A stretch of 62,367 nucleotides of DNA, filler included. It is 14 parts of 14 records of this genome, joined end to end, with 100 filler letters (N's around TTAATTAATTAA, not from the genome) between each part and the next. Parts side by side here need not be neighbours in the genome. Positions count along the whole stretch, not along the records: positions 43,057 to 46,268 come from SRR9188676_2501; positions 46,369 to 48,462 come from SRR9188676_2514; positions 48,563 to 53,964 come from SRR9188676_2516; positions 54,065 to 58,768 come from SRR9188676_2517; 10 more parts are not named here. One strand, given 5' to 3'. The first letter of the stretch is position 1, and every line of letters begins with the position of its first letter. Positions 43,057 through 56,018 of this stretch are shown in pieces. Made by a program: the position numbers and the translations under genes. The notes under the pieces are model-generated. The model saw nothing but the letters and a program-made list of their open reading frames with translations, was not told the origin of the DNA and searched no databases.

Positions 43057-46000
43057 AAAAGAAAAAAAAAAGAGGGGAAGGAAGGAGGACATACGGTGGC
43101 GTGAGCGGCTGCGTGTGAGGTAGATGGGGAGCTAGAGGGGGAGGCAGAGGGAGAGGGCGAGGGCGAAGCGCTGGCGTGCTGAGTGCGTGTAGATGTGCTG
43201 TTGGGGGGTGGCGAGGTGGTGGTGATGTGAGGGGGGTGAGCGTGAGAGGGTGATGGCCCGGCAAGGTCTGTGTGGGTGACCGTGTCATACCCGCCACGCA
43301 GCTGAGAGAATGTGTGCATGTGCCAGGCTGCTGGAGGTAGGATAGACCCCGCTCCGGATACTAGACCTGCACCCAACCCTGTCCCAGAGGATCCTGGACC
43401 ATGAGAACTACCAGAGCCAACTCCATTCCCATTCCCATTTAAGTAACCGTTTGCTGACCCAGTAGGGCTACTAGCTGGAGGATTTAGCGCATTTTCATAC
43501 GTAGCCTGTAAAATATCATTAAATGGCTCAGCGGCTACAACCGGTGCTGTAGAATAGCCCGGAGTTACAATACTAGTACCAGTGCCATTGCCATTATGCG
43601 AGGCGTATGTGACGCCGTCCATTTCGACCACCACATTTGGGTTCTCCATGTCCCAGTCCCAGTCGGAGTCGGCGCGAGAGAGGCGCGACGAGCGGTGCGA
43701 GGACCAGCCTGTGACTGTGGATGTGCATGTTGTTGCGGTGCCCTCGGTGTCGGTCATGCTGGACCGGGGGGTGGACGTGCCTGAGTCTCCCGCATCACCA
43801 TCAGAGCCGCATACGGACAGCCGAAATGCACCGGGCTCCTCGCACTCGAAGATTCCACGCGGTCGAATCTAAACACACGCACATCATATCGCAAAAATAG
43901 TTTCAGAGGAGAGTAGAAGGAGAGGAAAGAGAGTGAAGGAGAGAGTAGTGTCTCCGTGTGGCAAAACCGAACCGAAGGAGTTAGAGACAGCAGAATAAAT
44001 TGCTGGCGCTCAAAGACATATCGAAATCATCATCGGAATGAAACTTGACTTTCAATTCATGAAGTACGAAATCGTGGAAATATCGAAGGTGAAATAACAA
44101 CAAAATATCTTCCAGTCCTTTGATAAAGATCACTCCATAAAGAAAAAGTCTCGAATGTCGACGAAAAGCTGCATTCATCCAGGACAGATACGACCAAATA
44201 ATATGATTCAAGATACTGTGCGTACCGAAAGATGAGAAAAGTGACCTGGGCTCAAGACCAGCAGGTCATTGTGCACGTTCGGCGAGTGGGCAACGGGCTC
44301 GTTGCGGACACTGTCCACGCTGTCTCGGGGGTTCTCTGACTGCTCACGGTTATACAGCTGACTGATCTGACTGGCTTGACCGGTCTGATGAATCTGGGTG
44401 GTCTGGGTCGGTGCAAAGGGGATGCTGGCATGCGGGATCACAGACCCACACCCAGACCCAGAAACGGAACCAGACGCTGTCGGTATGCTGCTAAGAGAAC
44501 CGGGCTTACGGGGCTTGATGCTGGAAGCCGGGGAGGACATATCTGACAGCATGGGGGGGAAGGACCGACCAGATCCCTGCCCTAGCATAGACCCAGCAGG
44601 TGATGCAGGGTGTCCGTGTAGGCTGTCCGAGCCTGATCCAAAGCTATTAGTATGTGTGAGGGTAGCCGGTGGCTGTCCTTGGCTACTTTGTGATTGTGCT
44701 TGTGACTGTGTGGCGGCTGAAGATTGGTTGTGATTAATTTGGCGTGGTTGCGGGGGCCTACTACGAGATGTGGGAGTGGATGGTTCTGGTTCGCATGAGC
44801 GCTCAGTCTCATCGTCGCTAGAATTGTTCTGGTCTGGATCATTGGGGAAGCTGGGCGTGCGTACTAGCGACCCGACATTCACAAGGAGGGTGGCAGACCG
44901 TGCGGGCGGCGGTTCCATCACCATCATGGCGGCGGGGAGCAAGGAATGTCCCGCCCCTCCTGTCTTCGCCGGTGCAAATAGTCCGCAGTATATAGAGGCT
45001 TTAGGTGTGGATGAATTGCTACGCTGTGCATGACCATTGGTGGGGGTGCTTGAGATGTCGAAACTTGCAGATGGTGAGGAAGTGACGGAGGGGCAGCGTG
45101 AGGTCGAGGGTGTGATGATCGGGGACGGCTGCGGTGTAGAGGACACAGAGAAGCCGATGTAGGGGGAGGGTGGGGGCACACCTTGAATGGGGGGAGTGGC
45201 TGATGGGGTGCGCAGCAGGCGCTGACGAGCACGCTTACTAATCTTGCGCATTTGCGATGCAATGTGTGTCTGTGTCAAAGGGTCAGAGAGCGAGAGAGAG
45301 AGAACAGACATGGTGGATGGGAGCACATAAGATACATATGCTGGATGTCTGTTCGACGAAGTGGATTTCGTCTCAATAAATCAGGAACAAAATGTTCGAC
45401 CCGTTTCAAGGATGAAGGTATGAGTATAGAGGGACCGACAAACCTCCCCAACATATAAATAAGCCCCAAATGGATAGAATAAATAAATGATCGCATGGAT
45501 TATCAAAGTCACCGTCTCTCAATCCCTGACCATCATTCATTGTTTTTCGTACTGAGCAAGACATATGTCTCAATACGTGAAGACGATATCGAATGCTTGA
45601 GGAGCTATGGAGATGATCCCATCGTATAAATGTGTGTACAGGATGAGAGGGAGATATACATACGACCAGCATGAGGATGGAAAAGGGTGTGAGGGCGGCG
45701 TTGACTTCCTCCTTTGATACGGTCACCTCAGAGCCCTCCAATACGAGCGGGTCCGTGCCTCCTATCGTCAGCCACGGGTCATTCTAGAGAGTGAAGTTGT
45801 GGGCAGAGAGCGGGAGGATGAAGAAAATGGATGAACGGAGAAGACAGGTCGGACACAATGCAGGCAAGGGAAAGAGAGAGAACAACCGACCAAGAACATT
45901 TACAAAATTGAAGATACAATTCAATTCTCCCCAAGAAAGAGAGGTCGAAAAAGGGCCTATAACAGGTGCGAGTTATGGTTCGATTGGAGGACTTCATCGG

Positions 46001-46160
46001 TGAGGCTGATGTGAACGAAATAGACAAAGGCAGGTGTGGCGTACCTTCAAATTATCCAGACTAGCCCGGGTGGCGGGGGATTTATCCAGGAGGGAGCATA
46101 GTAGAAGGTATAGATCTCGGTGTTTCTCAATGTCGAAGCTTTCGGGGAAGACAACACTGA
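43057..46160 (-). CDS. C-terminal part of a CaMKK/SAK1-like Ser/Thr kinase with a long disordered tail (multi-exon)
   Basis: Spliced LCSLLDKSPATRASLDNLK|NDPWLTIGGTDPL...EVTVSKEEVNAAL resembles CaMKK subdomain XI and the following segment; then Ser/Pro-rich exons (45269 to about 44218; 43868-43057). Confidence 0.65.
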
Positions 46161-46733
46161 AAACCAAAGGGAGGAGAAATGCGAACAGGAGAAGAATAAA
46201 TAATAAAGCAAATAATAGACAGAATATCCAGAACAATGTAAATGTCATTCTTCGATCTCACTCTCGACNNNNNNNNNNNNNNNNNNNNNNNNNNNNNNNN
46301 NNNNNNNNNNNNTTAATTAATTAANNNNNNNNNNNNNNNNNNNNNNNNNNNNNNNNNNNNNNNNNNNNATTCGTGGTGGGCTATATTTCAAGGAAATAGA
46401 CTACGGCATAAAACCGGATTGTGCCGAAATAGGAGGTGTATGATCAGTCTCTGCCTGCTTGTCATAACGTCGAAAAAAGAGTTCAATCAACGCACGTCCA
46501 TGTCTCACTAATGATGTATCGTACCATCCACAACGCCAAACGGCTCATTTTTTGCCTGGCAGATACAGGGGTATTCCGACCACACCAGAGACCCATACAT
46601 GGCGAAGGATGATGGCTTATAGTTCGATACAAGTCAAGTACAGGTGCAGGAGTTAGTCACGGCTGTGACTTCCGAGAAACTTAATCATAGCATAGGCGTT
46701 ATATTACAACGCCTTCGCGAATTGCTTGGGCAG

Positions 46734-48462
46734 TCATAAGAAAATATTCGCGAAAATCGTCCGTTGGGCTGCGTTTAGCTCTTGTCCTTGGATTTGCAGT
46801 CCATGATCTGGATAAAATGATGGAACAGTGTGGTCGTCCCACGAGAATGTACAGCAGAAAAGTGCGCAAACTTCGCTTCGTACCTTTGCCATTTCGAGAC
46901 ACAGGTCCTCCACATCCTGCTGTGAGAGACTCCCCACACCCGCTGCTGATGCCTACACATAGATACAGAATAAAAAATGCAAGGGTCATCATCATCATTT
47001 CTCGATTACTTTCCGCAATCAGCAAAAATGCGGGTGAGTATCAGGCTACAATAAAATGTAATGTTCGAGAAAGCCGAAGAGTGGCAACAGCCAATCCTAT
47101 CCAAGCCGTTCAAGGAAATTCAAAAGTAATAGCTTCTCGGCTACACCTTCCTGATATATGTCTGAAAAAGATTGAGCGATTGGCAGAAACCTGACACCGT
47201 AGCATCTCGTTATCTCCAGATATCCAGCTATCCACTACAGACGATCTTTTGGAGTTTCGAGAGCATTTTATGAGCATAGAAATAGTCTTACTGGGGGTTG
47301 CAACGGTTGCACCCCGGAAAAAGGGGAGCCAGATTAGGATGAAATGTGATAAAAGTGGAGCAACTGGATGAAACTGGATGGAAGAAACTTGCTTGACGAG
47401 ATTTCCAGAATGGAACGGTCATTTCCTTGAACAATGTTCTGTTTTCATCAGAATTTCATAGATAATTTTCGTGGATTTTTGTGGATAATATTAGGAGCAT
47501 TTTTGAACAAAATGGAAGCTTTTGTTGAAAAATTTGATGAAAACATGTTCCATCTCACTCTACCTGTGCAGATGTGATCCTCGTTTCGCAATTCTTTCAC
47601 ATCATACGGTCTCGAAAATGAAAGACGACAAGCTTTGTCTGCGCTGCCCTGATAATCGACCTGACATGTGTCGTGTACACGTGGAGGATTATTATTTGTA
47701 GAGAGGTTCATATTTTTTCGTGTGTGGCATATCTACACATACCTCCCTGAAGTATTGCAGAGCATCTTGCCATTTCTTTGCCCTGACAAGCAGCCTGGCA
47801 CGTGTCCTGTACACGTGGAACAGTGCCATGGGAGAGGGGGTGTCCCACGCCTCACACGACCTTTCCGCCTCGTCAACAAGCTTCATCGCCTCGCGCGGTC
47901 TGAAAAATGAAACACCGAGAAAGAGAGTGTGAGGGAGAGAGTGAGGGAGAGAGGAAGAGAGGGAGAGGAGAGAGAGAGCGCGAGAGAGCGACTGTGTATA
48001 GGATCTCATCAGAACGAGAAAATAGATCGATGTATGCAGTGCAGTGTGCACAATATCCGTAAAAGTTGTTGTTGGTGGTAGTAGTGAGTGTGCGGCATGC
48101 CCACTGACCCCCCTGACCCCTATGGCACCCATTGCCCCCGTGGCCCCCAAGGCCCCCCTGGTCCACGCCTCCTTGGCCCTCACGACGACGAGCTTCACGC
48201 ACTCTCCGAAGTGGAACACAAATTCATCTTTGTAGTCTGTCTATCAACTTTTCCAGCACTGACAGGTGACAGGGCATGTGACCGCAGTCAGCTTCTACCT
48301 CCTTTTCTCGCTCTCGCTCTCGCTCTCGCTCTCTCTTTTTCTTTTCTTCTCTTTATTTCTCTCTCTCTTTCTGATCGATTTTCTGGCTGGTTCCAGTCAA
48401 GCCCAGGGTGCTGGAGTATGGACGTGATCGCCGTTCCATGCTGTACTATCCTGACGCTGACA
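46734..48462 (-). CDS. Multi-exon helical/TPR-like protein fragment
   Basis: Exon-like PREAMKLVDEAE...RARLLVRAKKWQDALQYFRE followed by GT. Other exons are uncertain. Confidence 0.35.
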
Positions 48463-48562
48463 NNNNNNNNNNNNNNNNNNNNNNNNNNNNNNNNNNNNNN
48501 NNNNNNTTAATTAATTAANNNNNNNNNNNNNNNNNNNNNNNNNNNNNNNNNNNNNNNNNNNN

Positions 48563-49206
48563 GGTAGCGGTGTCACCAATGCTGCTGCTGGTGGTAGTGG
48601 ATACTATCCCGGAACTGCCGAGCACCATAGCAGTGGTGTCTTTGGAGGTATAATAGCGACAGATACACACATCCTCACACAGGCTCAGAATATTCTACCC
48701 ATTATGAGCATTTATACACATTCATACACATATCCGCACCTACACATGCTCACAATGGTGGTGCTGGTTCCCGTCTTCTTCCTTATCGAGCATCATCGTG
48801 TATTGCCCCCGGGGATAGGATGTCATGTCATGTCTCAATGTCTTATGATATGATGTGGCTGCTGGATATTCCTATATTCATTCATTTCTCATCTTGCATT
48901 CTGATGTGGAATGGCTGTGCCGCGATGCCAATTTTGTATGGCAGGCAGTGGAGGTGCTCTCCCATCTCATACTGGCGGTGGGGTATTTAGTGGTGTCGCT
49001 CCTGGCCATGGCAGCGGCATCTTCCAGCCCTCTCCTACTCAGGACGGCGGTTCCAGCGGCGTGCATCCCACTTTCACCCCATCTCACCAGAGCAGTGGTG
49101 CTCATGTGCAGTGCAACCCTGGCTGTGAGTACTCCTTCATCGGTGATGGCCTCTGTGACCCTGCCTGCAACGTTCCGGCTTGCAGCTATGATGGCGGTGA
49201 TTGCCG
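48563..49206 (+). CDS. Gly-rich protein fragment with an LNR (Lin12/Notch repeat) domain
   Basis: CNPGCEYSFIGDGLCDPACNVPACSYDGGDC is a canonical LNR, followed by a GTAAGT donor; Gly/Ser-rich exons upstream. Confidence 0.75.
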
Positions 49207-49568
49207 TAAGTTTTTATTTCTCATGCTGATGTGCTTGGTTGAAATAATTCTGAGGTGAAAGAAAGTCACGGTTTCTATTATATCTGGGAAGAATCGTCTC
49301 GGAGATTCGCAAACTTTTACGAGGTCCTTCCTGATGAGCATTCGAATTTATCATTGCTGCTCTAGATTAGCGCAGCTCATGAGGTATATGAGATCCAAGT
49401 TTGATCTAAGACTTCAAATGTTTGGCGATGAGCCTTTTGCCGCAAAATCTCACAGTCCACTGTGTCGAACTCTCACATTAATAACGAACGACCTGAATCA
49501 CGATCCACTGGCGATGGCTGTGTATGACACTATGTCGAATAGAACGCAGAGAGGGGATTTTAGCATAC

Positions 49569-52507
49569 CTGCATTCGCAAATGGCCTTGATTTCTTCAGC
49601 ACTCACATTCTAACATGAAGCAAGAATTGACAAGAAGAAAAGAAGACAAAGTGAGAAAGACCAAAGGAAGGAGCGATGGCGAGTAATCCGTTCAAACGGA
49701 AACTGACGTCGATTACCAAGTCCTTCAACAAACTTCAAGCATCATACAGAAGAGACCTGATTCTCATCATCCTCATCAAGAATCAGATTATAATCATGTT
49801 GCACCAGTGTCAATTTAATTTGTGATTGCAGCGAGCCTTGAAATTTTCACTTATTGAAAAATTCCAAGCGGGACTCGTCATGGTCTCGGAGACTAACCTT
49901 TTCAGCTTCTCGAGCGACACGAGAGAGTGCCTTGATCATCATTGTTGGGGCAACCGGATTCACCTTGATGTGATCAACAAAGTACATCTAGATATCAAAT
50001 AACCAGACAGCAGGAGTAAGAAAATCGACCATGCAACGTCCGGGTTCCAAAAGGAGAATTTTGCCGTGATCGGAAACAGTGAAGAAGGATACATGATACT
50101 ATTCTGCTGAATCTTTTTCCAATTGATTGCTCAGATCCTGCGATTCCAGAAATAATTTTAGTACTTCACGGGCCTTAGTGACAGGAAGAATGAAGTGGCG
50201 CACTATGGTACGGATCCGAGTGGTTGAATAGCGAAGATTCAGAGACTGGACTTGTCTTCTTACAAGTTCGTGAGAAAGAAACCGTTTCTGGAGTGACAAG
50301 GACCAGTCTAGCTTTTGATACTGCAACGGTGCCAACGAATTTTCTCAATGGCGATCTTCTTGTCGATTATACAGCCAAAAAGGCACTTTGAGAGTAATTT
50401 CTGTTGCCTATGTGTAGATGCGTGACGGGAACTTGGGAAAAATACCTGTCGGAGCTGAGTTTCGAGAATCCGGCTTTGCTCCATTTGCTTGGTCCAGACG
50501 GTCCGAAGATCAGTGGAGTCACCCGACTGGCAGCGATGATGAGAGGAGGGAAATGCAGAAAGATAATAAAAGTCAGAAAGTGTTTATTCAGCGCTCGAGC
50601 AACAGTAAATCCTCGAGAAGTCGAGAAGAATGCCAATGGAGAAAGTTATCTTCTCGCAACTAAAATCGATGATGTAACCTGCATTTCAACAAATGTAATA
50701 GGGCTGCATCCAGCATTGCAAGCACGAGTGTGGAGAGTGAATCGAAGCCTATCAAGCCAAAGAATATGAGTTCCATTGTCTGCAGCTTGCATCCGATCTT
50801 TTATGATAATAGGTGTGCGATCATTCGGAGAAAAATAAATTTCCCTTGACTTACTTCAATGTCCGAGAAAATCATCACGATCGGGAAGGGGGTCCCTCGT
50901 GCCGCTTTCCTGGAGAACAGAAACAGAAACTCTCAGCTATAGAAGCACATATTGGGTAGAATAGTATATTTTGAAGAAATCATCAGATAAATAAAGTGTA
51001 AACATAGGAGCGGAGAAATAAAAAGATGATGGTTGTTTGGGAATGGACGTGTGCTGACTTGTGAAATGGTATTTGAACGTGGTTATTCAGAAAAGAAAAA
51101 TCGTTATAGTGGATCACTCAGAGACTATTTGACATGAAGTCTGGGAAAAGAGTCCAAGCATGCAATAATCGCTTTTTCCTGAGCTTGTGATTTGATCCAA
51201 ACAGACGAAACACATTCGGATGACACATTTTGCTTCTCCGAGAACATTGATGTAGTGTGGATCAGTTTAGAGATTTTCGGATACTAAAATACAAGAGCGA
51301 GTGAGAAAGTGATAACATCGAAGAAATTGGCGTTTGTTTTCGTGCCAATCTTGATGAGTGTATGTTTTTGGCGTCTTTCATCGTTTCCTAGACGAGATTC
51401 CGGTCTTGGCGGTTGAGTGTTTTTGTTCCACAGAAAGTGGAACAAAACTTCTCTAACCGATTCCCTCAAAAGCCACCTTCCTCCCTTTGTTTTGATATTT
51501 AACTGTGGTTTGGAGACTGGGTCATGACACACCCGTGCTATTAGTGCTTGATGAGACGTACTCTAATGCTGATACAAGCATTTCTCTCTGCTCGCGATCT
51601 TTAACAAAGGGCACATCATCCAACAGGACAATCTTGCGCTCTAGAGAATAGAAAGGTGACATAAGTTCCACATCCATGCATAATATATCTTTAAAAATGA
51701 ATATTAGGGCAGGGTTGAGATAACTGGTCTTGTTTTAAATCGAATATTAATGGTGAAGTTGCATACTTGGGTTCGGGTCTGTCAGTGAAGGATAACGAGC
51801 TCCCGCCAGAAAAGACTGCGAACAAAATGTGAGCTCGATGTAGTCAGAACCAGTGAGTTTGAAGAGATCGTACGAAAAAGGAGCTGAGTCTTGAGACATA
51901 GGGCACAAAATCATCATCTGATTGGAAAATAGAGAGTGATGAGACTTGGGGAAAAGAATTCGGATCGAGAAATAGATTGAAAGAGAAAGAGACTGTATGT
52001 GTGAAAGAGTGAGTGAAATAAAGAGGGAGAGACTCGGACAGATCATGATCATGACGTGTACCTCGCACATTTGCATTTTCGTCCCATCTGACGGTTTCAA
52101 CAGGAGCAAAATACTCGACTAGCTCACTGCAGATGGAATAACATTCAATAAGATCCGACTTCATGACGATGAGGGAATTTACAGACCATCCGAGCGATGG
52201 GGAGAGAGTGCGTATCATAGCGCTTTTGCCAATCCCAGGGGGACCTTAAAATGAAGACAAGTCAAAATAAATACTCCTATTTGTAGAGGTTTTCAGAATT
52301 ATTTACCAGTCAAAAGCAGAATTCTGCCTGGATGGGCGAGCGCTGTCTGGAGCCATGTAGTCACCTGAGAAAACATCATTCGAATTGCATCAGCTCCAAG
52401 GAAATGTAGACAGCCATGAAATATCATACTTCGGTTAGTTTCTTTTTGTGGATGCATAGATCAGCGAGAGTAGGACGGTAGTATTCCGTCCACAATTCCC
52501 CACTCAT
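49569..52507 (-). CDS. RAD17: Checkpoint clamp-loader subunit RAD17 (Rad24), multi-exon; 3' part not found
   Basis: Manually spliced: MSGELWTEYYRPTLADLCIHKKKLTE|VTTWLQ...RILLLTG|PPGIGKSAMIRTLS (Walker A)...PFPIVMIFSDIE|SGD...|MYFVDHIKVNPVAPTMMIKALSRVARE|NVSAEEIKAICECS. Confidence 0.85.
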
Positions 52508-52697
52508 CTGTCACAATTTTGAATCTCACATCAGTCAATCCTCTCACGTCAGCTCAGAAGTATCGAAAGTCCAGAACAAATGTGATGTGAATCAGGAGAA
52601 GCTCCTAGTGTCGGTACATGACCAGGGAAGTTGCGGTTGTGTTTGGTGTTTGGACTTTTGCGACTTCTTCTTCCTCCTCAAGTGTGATTTGCGATCA

Positions 52698-53808
52698 ATG
52701 GCACAATCTGTGATGTTGAAATGCATCTGTTTCATACTTTTTGTCCTGCCTCTTGTGGTACTCGCAGCACCGACAGATTACAACAATCTATCATCCACAC
52801 CGAAAGCTCCTGCGAAAGCCAATTGCACTGATGGGCTGAAAAATGGAAATGAAACTGATATAGATTGCGGAGGAAATTGTTCCCCTTGCTCAACTGCCGG
52901 ACAAGGATGCTTAGTCACACGAGATTGCTCATCCATGTTCTGCAATGAGGAACGCTTTTGTGAATCTTACCGAAGCAATGGTCTTCCTTGCTCTGCCCCC
53001 AATGAGTGCCTGAGCTATATCTGCTCAAATGGAACATGCTCCGATCCTTTGCCTTCAGGTTCTCACTGCGATGCTGCAACAGATTGTGATAGGTATGATC
53101 CCCTCTGTAGATGAGCTGAAATTCCTCAACTGTTCTGATATTTCGATGCTGATTTCAAATAATTATGGAATACATGTACCTATTTATGTTAATCAGCTAT
53201 GTGATAGAACTTATCGGAGCCCAGCTTGGGCAACGACCTCATATATGCCGCAGGCTATCAACTATCAAGGAACTCCACTCAGCCGCCACATAACATAATC
53301 TCCCAAATTTGAAACACATATTCGTCGCCCGATTGCCCCTATGGGTTCAGCCTGACGAAAATCTGACTATTTTTCCCCCGCATCTGTGATTCATGCACTC
53401 GAGACTTACATTCTCCTGCATCCTAAATCCGATCCAATCCTTCTTTCGCACGTCATTTCGGGCTTATTGCCCCGTTGAGAAGTATGGAACGCAAGCTAGT
53501 CACTCCACTCCTCATGAGCGAAAAATAGTTTCGTCCCTAATTCATTTCACATGCCAGATGCTGATAATTCATCAAATACTGATTGATGATGCGAATAATT
53601 TTCACACTTCTGTTCCACATTAGATTGATCGAAAATTATTTCTCATATTGACACATTTACTCTCCCTAATCCCCCCGTCTCACTCTCGACCTTTTTACCC
53701 TCCCTATAGCGGTGTATGTACGGAGCTAATATGCAGGGATCCCACGTGTCACGATGGTGAGGCTAACGGGGACGAGACTGACGTGGATTGTGGCACATCT
53801 TGTCCAAA
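52698..53808 (+). CDS. Secreted Cys-rich protein with CxDGxxNGxETDxDCG repeats, 3' truncated
   Basis: Signal peptide; CTDGLKNGNETDIDCGG in exon 1 and CHDGEANGDETDVDCG in exon 2, with CxxxxxCxSxxC modules between. Confidence 0.75.
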
Positions 53809-54064
53809 GTATGATACACTACGAGTGTAGTGAAGATTATATATATGGGTTGTTTTTTCTTATTATTAAGAGTCGGTCCTCGTGGCCTCAAGATATATCC
53901 TGGGATGATCTCCATCCTACGGTGATTTTATTTTCACACACACACACACTCTCTCTCTATCTATNNNNNNNNNNNNNNNNNNNNNNNNNNNNNNNNNNNN
54001 NNNNNNNNTTAATTAATTAANNNNNNNNNNNNNNNNNNNNNNNNNNNNNNNNNNNNNNNNNNNN

Positions 54065-54514
54065 CCACAATGAGCAAAAATGCGAGTGTGGATCGGGCGT
54101 CAACAAATAATAATAATGATAAATATGATACAAATAGAATAGCGGCAACAAAGAACGAGACACAATATCACAATATGAAACGAACCCATACCTCAGGTTG
54201 TCCAGGTCCTGTGATGTGATGATTTTGAATGAGTGGCCGCGTGCCAGCCACTGCGAGGCTCGCAAACTATCCGAGACTGCCTCATAGTTAACTTTTGACA
54301 GTCCATCACGTGCCACCAGGCCACGACGCACACCCAGTACACGCACTGACCCGCCTGAAGAGAAAGAAAAAGAGAAAGTTGGAGAGTATCTCAGTTCGGT
54401 CAGTAAGCCCTCTTGTAAATGAACTGGAAATGAGGATTTTCGAGCAGACATTGCTTGTTGATTGACCTCTCCGAAAAGATTTCTACTCGGGCTTGGGCTC
54501 GAATGTGCTGCCAT
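54065..54514 (-). CDS. 5' part of an unknown eukaryotic gene
   Basis: ATG at 54514 and exon-like blocks with GT/AG borders; no recognisable domain. Confidence 0.35.
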
Positions 54515-54745
54515 GCGATGTGAAATGGATTTTTTTTGGAAAAAAAAATATATTAATTGAGAACTACTTCAAATTCTGGTTCTGGGAGTAGGGGGGGCGC
54601 ATATCCAGTTTGCTTCTTCTTCCTCAACACGAATTTGAGGTAGGAGTTTACTAGACGATGACTAATATGAAAATGTGTTGGCCGATGAAGATGATGCTCA
54701 TCTCTTGGTGGATGTGATGAGGCACAGCCTAGCGGATTTCAACCT

Positions 54746-55752
54746 TCAACAGGACAGCGTATGCTGAGAGAGAGAATGATATACAGAAAGTATCGATAAA
54801 AGTATCACAGAGAAGGAATGAGTACCGCTTTTCCCGTTCTTTTCGTTCAAGACTACAAAGTCATATCCATCAGCCTCCACCAAGCGCGATATATGCTCTG
54901 TGAATGCAGAGACAACCCCAGGCTGGATTTCAGAAGTAGATTCCCAAGGGTAAACCACAAGCACATCACTGTTGGTGACGAGTGCAGAGACAACTATAGG
55001 GTCCAAATGCCATGTGGCGTCCGCGGGGGGGTACCCGATCATGAGTGTCGGGGATGGCTGGATTCCAGCAGTTTCTAGCAGGCCTGTCATGTTGGATATG
55101 TATTGTGAAACCAGAAACAAATAAGTATTGTGTGTGGGTTCTTTGCTGGCGATGTTTGATAGTGCTGTGATGTGATCTGCTAGATGATGTTCAGTGGTTT
55201 GAACAACAATTGTTCGTTTGGGTTCTGACTGGGAGTCCAAGTATATGGTACTATTCTTTGGGAATACATGTACAGGTACGACTCGGAAGTGAACAGAGGC
55301 TGAGACGGCGTCCTGAAAGCAAAGGACTCGATCATGTTTCGGCCCGTAGAGATCCACATCGAATTGATAATTATGGATTTTCTCAATGGGAGACGCATGA
55401 AAAAACACCCTTCCGAAAGGTCGAGTGAGATTTGCTTCCATAATCTGGGTCGACCGTCCACGGAGTACGGCCTGTCATCATGCAAATAGCGGGCATGAGG
55501 ATCAGAAGGAAAGAGAGAAACATTACTACATACATAACCGGCAGTAGGTAATTGGGTGTTTCCTGTCAGATATTGGACATAGCCGTTCTGATAATGAATT
55601 GTGTCATTCGGGATTGGATGGATCAGCTGCAGCCAAGGGCATCCAAGCATTTCGGCTTTAAGAATCGAGGTGACTGCATTCGCATCTTGACTCGAGATCC
55701 CGGAAAGTATTGAAAAAAGGAGAATGACGAACAGATCGAGATATCGACCCAT
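54746..55752 (-). CDS. Hypothetical secreted protein, at least two exons
   Basis: Signal peptide MGRYLDLFVILLFSILSG. A phase-0 GTATGT...ACAG intron joins ORF 55180-55761 to ORF 54746-55441. 3' end uncertain. Confidence 0.55.
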
Positions 55753-56018
55753 CTGAAGCAAAACGCGGTCAACCCCTTTACCTTTGCTGTATTCTTCACA
55801 AAGGGGCTATATCTTTCATCGACCCTCTTCGCAAAATTTTATTCATGTGCCCCTTTATGTGTATTCAGCATTAGTTCATCAATCAAAATTTGTCAGGGGA
55901 GGGGTAGAGGGGATGGAAAACAGAGGACAGCGCATTCCTCTTTTTCCTCTTTTTCTCTCGATTGATCTTGATCTCTGCTTGCCGTCACAGCGCTGGTGAT
56001 TTTCACTTACGCAAGCGA

